From contig NW_021823716.1 of the NCBI RefSeq assembly GCF_006345805.1, positions 1-22,162 of the forward strand: DNA of 22,162 nucleotides, in the 5' to 3' direction. Position numbers and translations under genes: made by a program. Of the stretch, positions 20,885-22,162 are shown piece after piece; the stretch's first letter is position 1; every line of letters starts with the position of its first letter. The notes under the pieces were generated by a model. The model did no database searches, was not told the origin of the DNA, and was given only the letters and a program-made list of their open reading frames with translations. This DNA is from Octopus sinensis. Taxonomy: Eukaryota.

Positions 20885-22162
20885 TGACGGATGTGATGTC
20901 GTTTCAGCTCCGAAGGGTAATCATTTATTTGACTATTTAAAAGTGTATATGACAAAATTTTGTGCTTAAAAGTTGTGCAACAACATCCACTGTAAACCTT
21001 TGATAAATATCGACACAAAATTTTGCCCCTTGTGGGCAAAATTTAAAGAAAAATTCTCATAGCCTTCGTGGTTTCATTTAGCCATTTTATTCCAAAATGG
21101 CCACTGGCCACCACGAGGCTGAGTTGCAAGTGAAGCGTGACGCAGAAACAGAAAAACAGGATGCTCTGTTAGCATACGCCGAACCTGACAACCCACCACC
21201 ACCAACAGCAACAAATACAAAACAAAGGTCGCAAGGCCAAGCACCGTCAACACCATCAGTGAGTCCACCACCACCACCAACACCATGGCAGAATCTGCTA
21301 CTAAAACTGCTATCCCTACTAAAGATATCGCCACCAATAACACATCACCATCACCGCCACCAAAGACCGTGCCGTCAATGTACAATACTACCAACACCAC
21401 CGTCACCAAAGACGACAATAAACAACAAACAACAACCCGACAACAAACAATTCCCTTCAACCACTGCTCACTCCATCACCAACAAGTGAAAAATAACGAC
21501 GAAAGCAAAAGAAAATGGAGAATTTTGCCCTAGTGCAGGACTAAAGTACCGCAGGCAATTTTCCACCCCTTCCTACTAGCACGATCGAACCAAAACACAA
21601 CCAATTTTACAAAATGCAGCCAACAACACACATCACACAAGCAACAACAATAACAAAACAACAACAAATTTCGCTGAGGCGATTAAAGAAAAAAAAAACA
21701 ACAATATACTTTACGGCCCAACAAATACAGGACACGAACATCAAAATAACAGAATCAGAAGGTATAGTAAAATTAACATACCAGAAGATATTTTGGAAAA
21801 TGAAAAAAGACGAACAATCATTTATAAAATAGTTACAAAAAAACAAACACCAGAGAAGGCCAACACAAGAAAATGAGAAGTGCTTGAAACCCCATCTGGG
21901 ATCACAAAGAATAGTACCTGGTGGAACAAATTTGCCCACATACAAGTTGTTTTCTACACCGAAGAGTTAGCTAGACATTCTCAACGCTAACTCTTCACTC
22001 AGATGAACTCCAATTACACCAAGCTATCGGGGACAGAAAGTGACTAAGATCACTCTAAACAATGTCCCCAAAATAGCCAATAGCCTATGGCTTGTAACGG
22101 CCCTATGCGTAAAAATGGCGAACTATACTATTTTGGAAACCACAGTCACAGAGCATAAAAAC
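20885..22162 (+). mobile_element. Probable 5' end of a full-length Tx1-clade LINE (copy E): 5' UTR plus ORF1, continuing past the window
   Basis: Starts right after the TATC array. ATG at 21097 opens an A/C-rich, frameshifted reading with a Pro/Thr-rich N-terminus, then ..AHIQVVFYTEELA..PSYRGQKVTKITLNNVP, which resembles Tx1 ORF1. Composition matches the ORF1 remnant of copy C. ORF2 is not in the window. Confidence 0.65.
21097..22162 (+). pseudogene. ORF1-like (gag-like) coding region, frameshifted in this sequence
   Basis: Consecutive ORF segments 21097-21489, 21285-21533 and 21614-21832 join by 1-nt shifts. The Tx1 ORF1 resemblance is by eye. Confidence 0.55.

Noticed and set aside
20380-20940. 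186-aa and 136-aa ORFs rich in LSIY
   Set aside because: They are translations of the (TATC)n array.
21074-21945. Minus-strand hydrophobic V/L/C-rich ORFs that look like membrane proteins
   Set aside because: They are the antisense of the A/C-rich ORF1.

Overview
Repeat-only, AT-rich eukaryotic DNA with no host gene I can support. The SINE types suggest an octopus or other coleoid cephalopod (recognition from memory). Many scattered 1-nt indels suggest an unpolished long-read consensus. Two systems stand out. (1) 3852-8703 is a tandem array of about 8.6 units of ~560-570 bp. Each unit carries a Type I hammerhead ribozyme motif (UGAG-CUGAUGA-stem II-GAAAC-GUAC-GUU/CUCA) with a palindromic minimal stem III. 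The array folds back on itself at 6667-6681 through a templated-insertion junction, and both outer ends run into (TA)n. This fits a retrozyme-like or Penelope-pLTR-like element. (2) Five copies of L1/Tx1-clade non-LTR retrotransposons (A-E) have every visible junction abutting (TATC)n on the element's sense strand. Three of them (C-D-E) are stacked head-to-tail, indicating a GATA-microsatellite-targeting Tx1 family. A local tRNA-type SINE shares its last ~45 nt with the Tx1 3' end, suggesting a SINE-Tx1 partnership. The rest is SINEs, a Tc1/mariner remnant inside a 644-bp tandem duplication, two piggyBac-type MITEs, a (TA)n-flanked palindrome-rich element and microsatellites.
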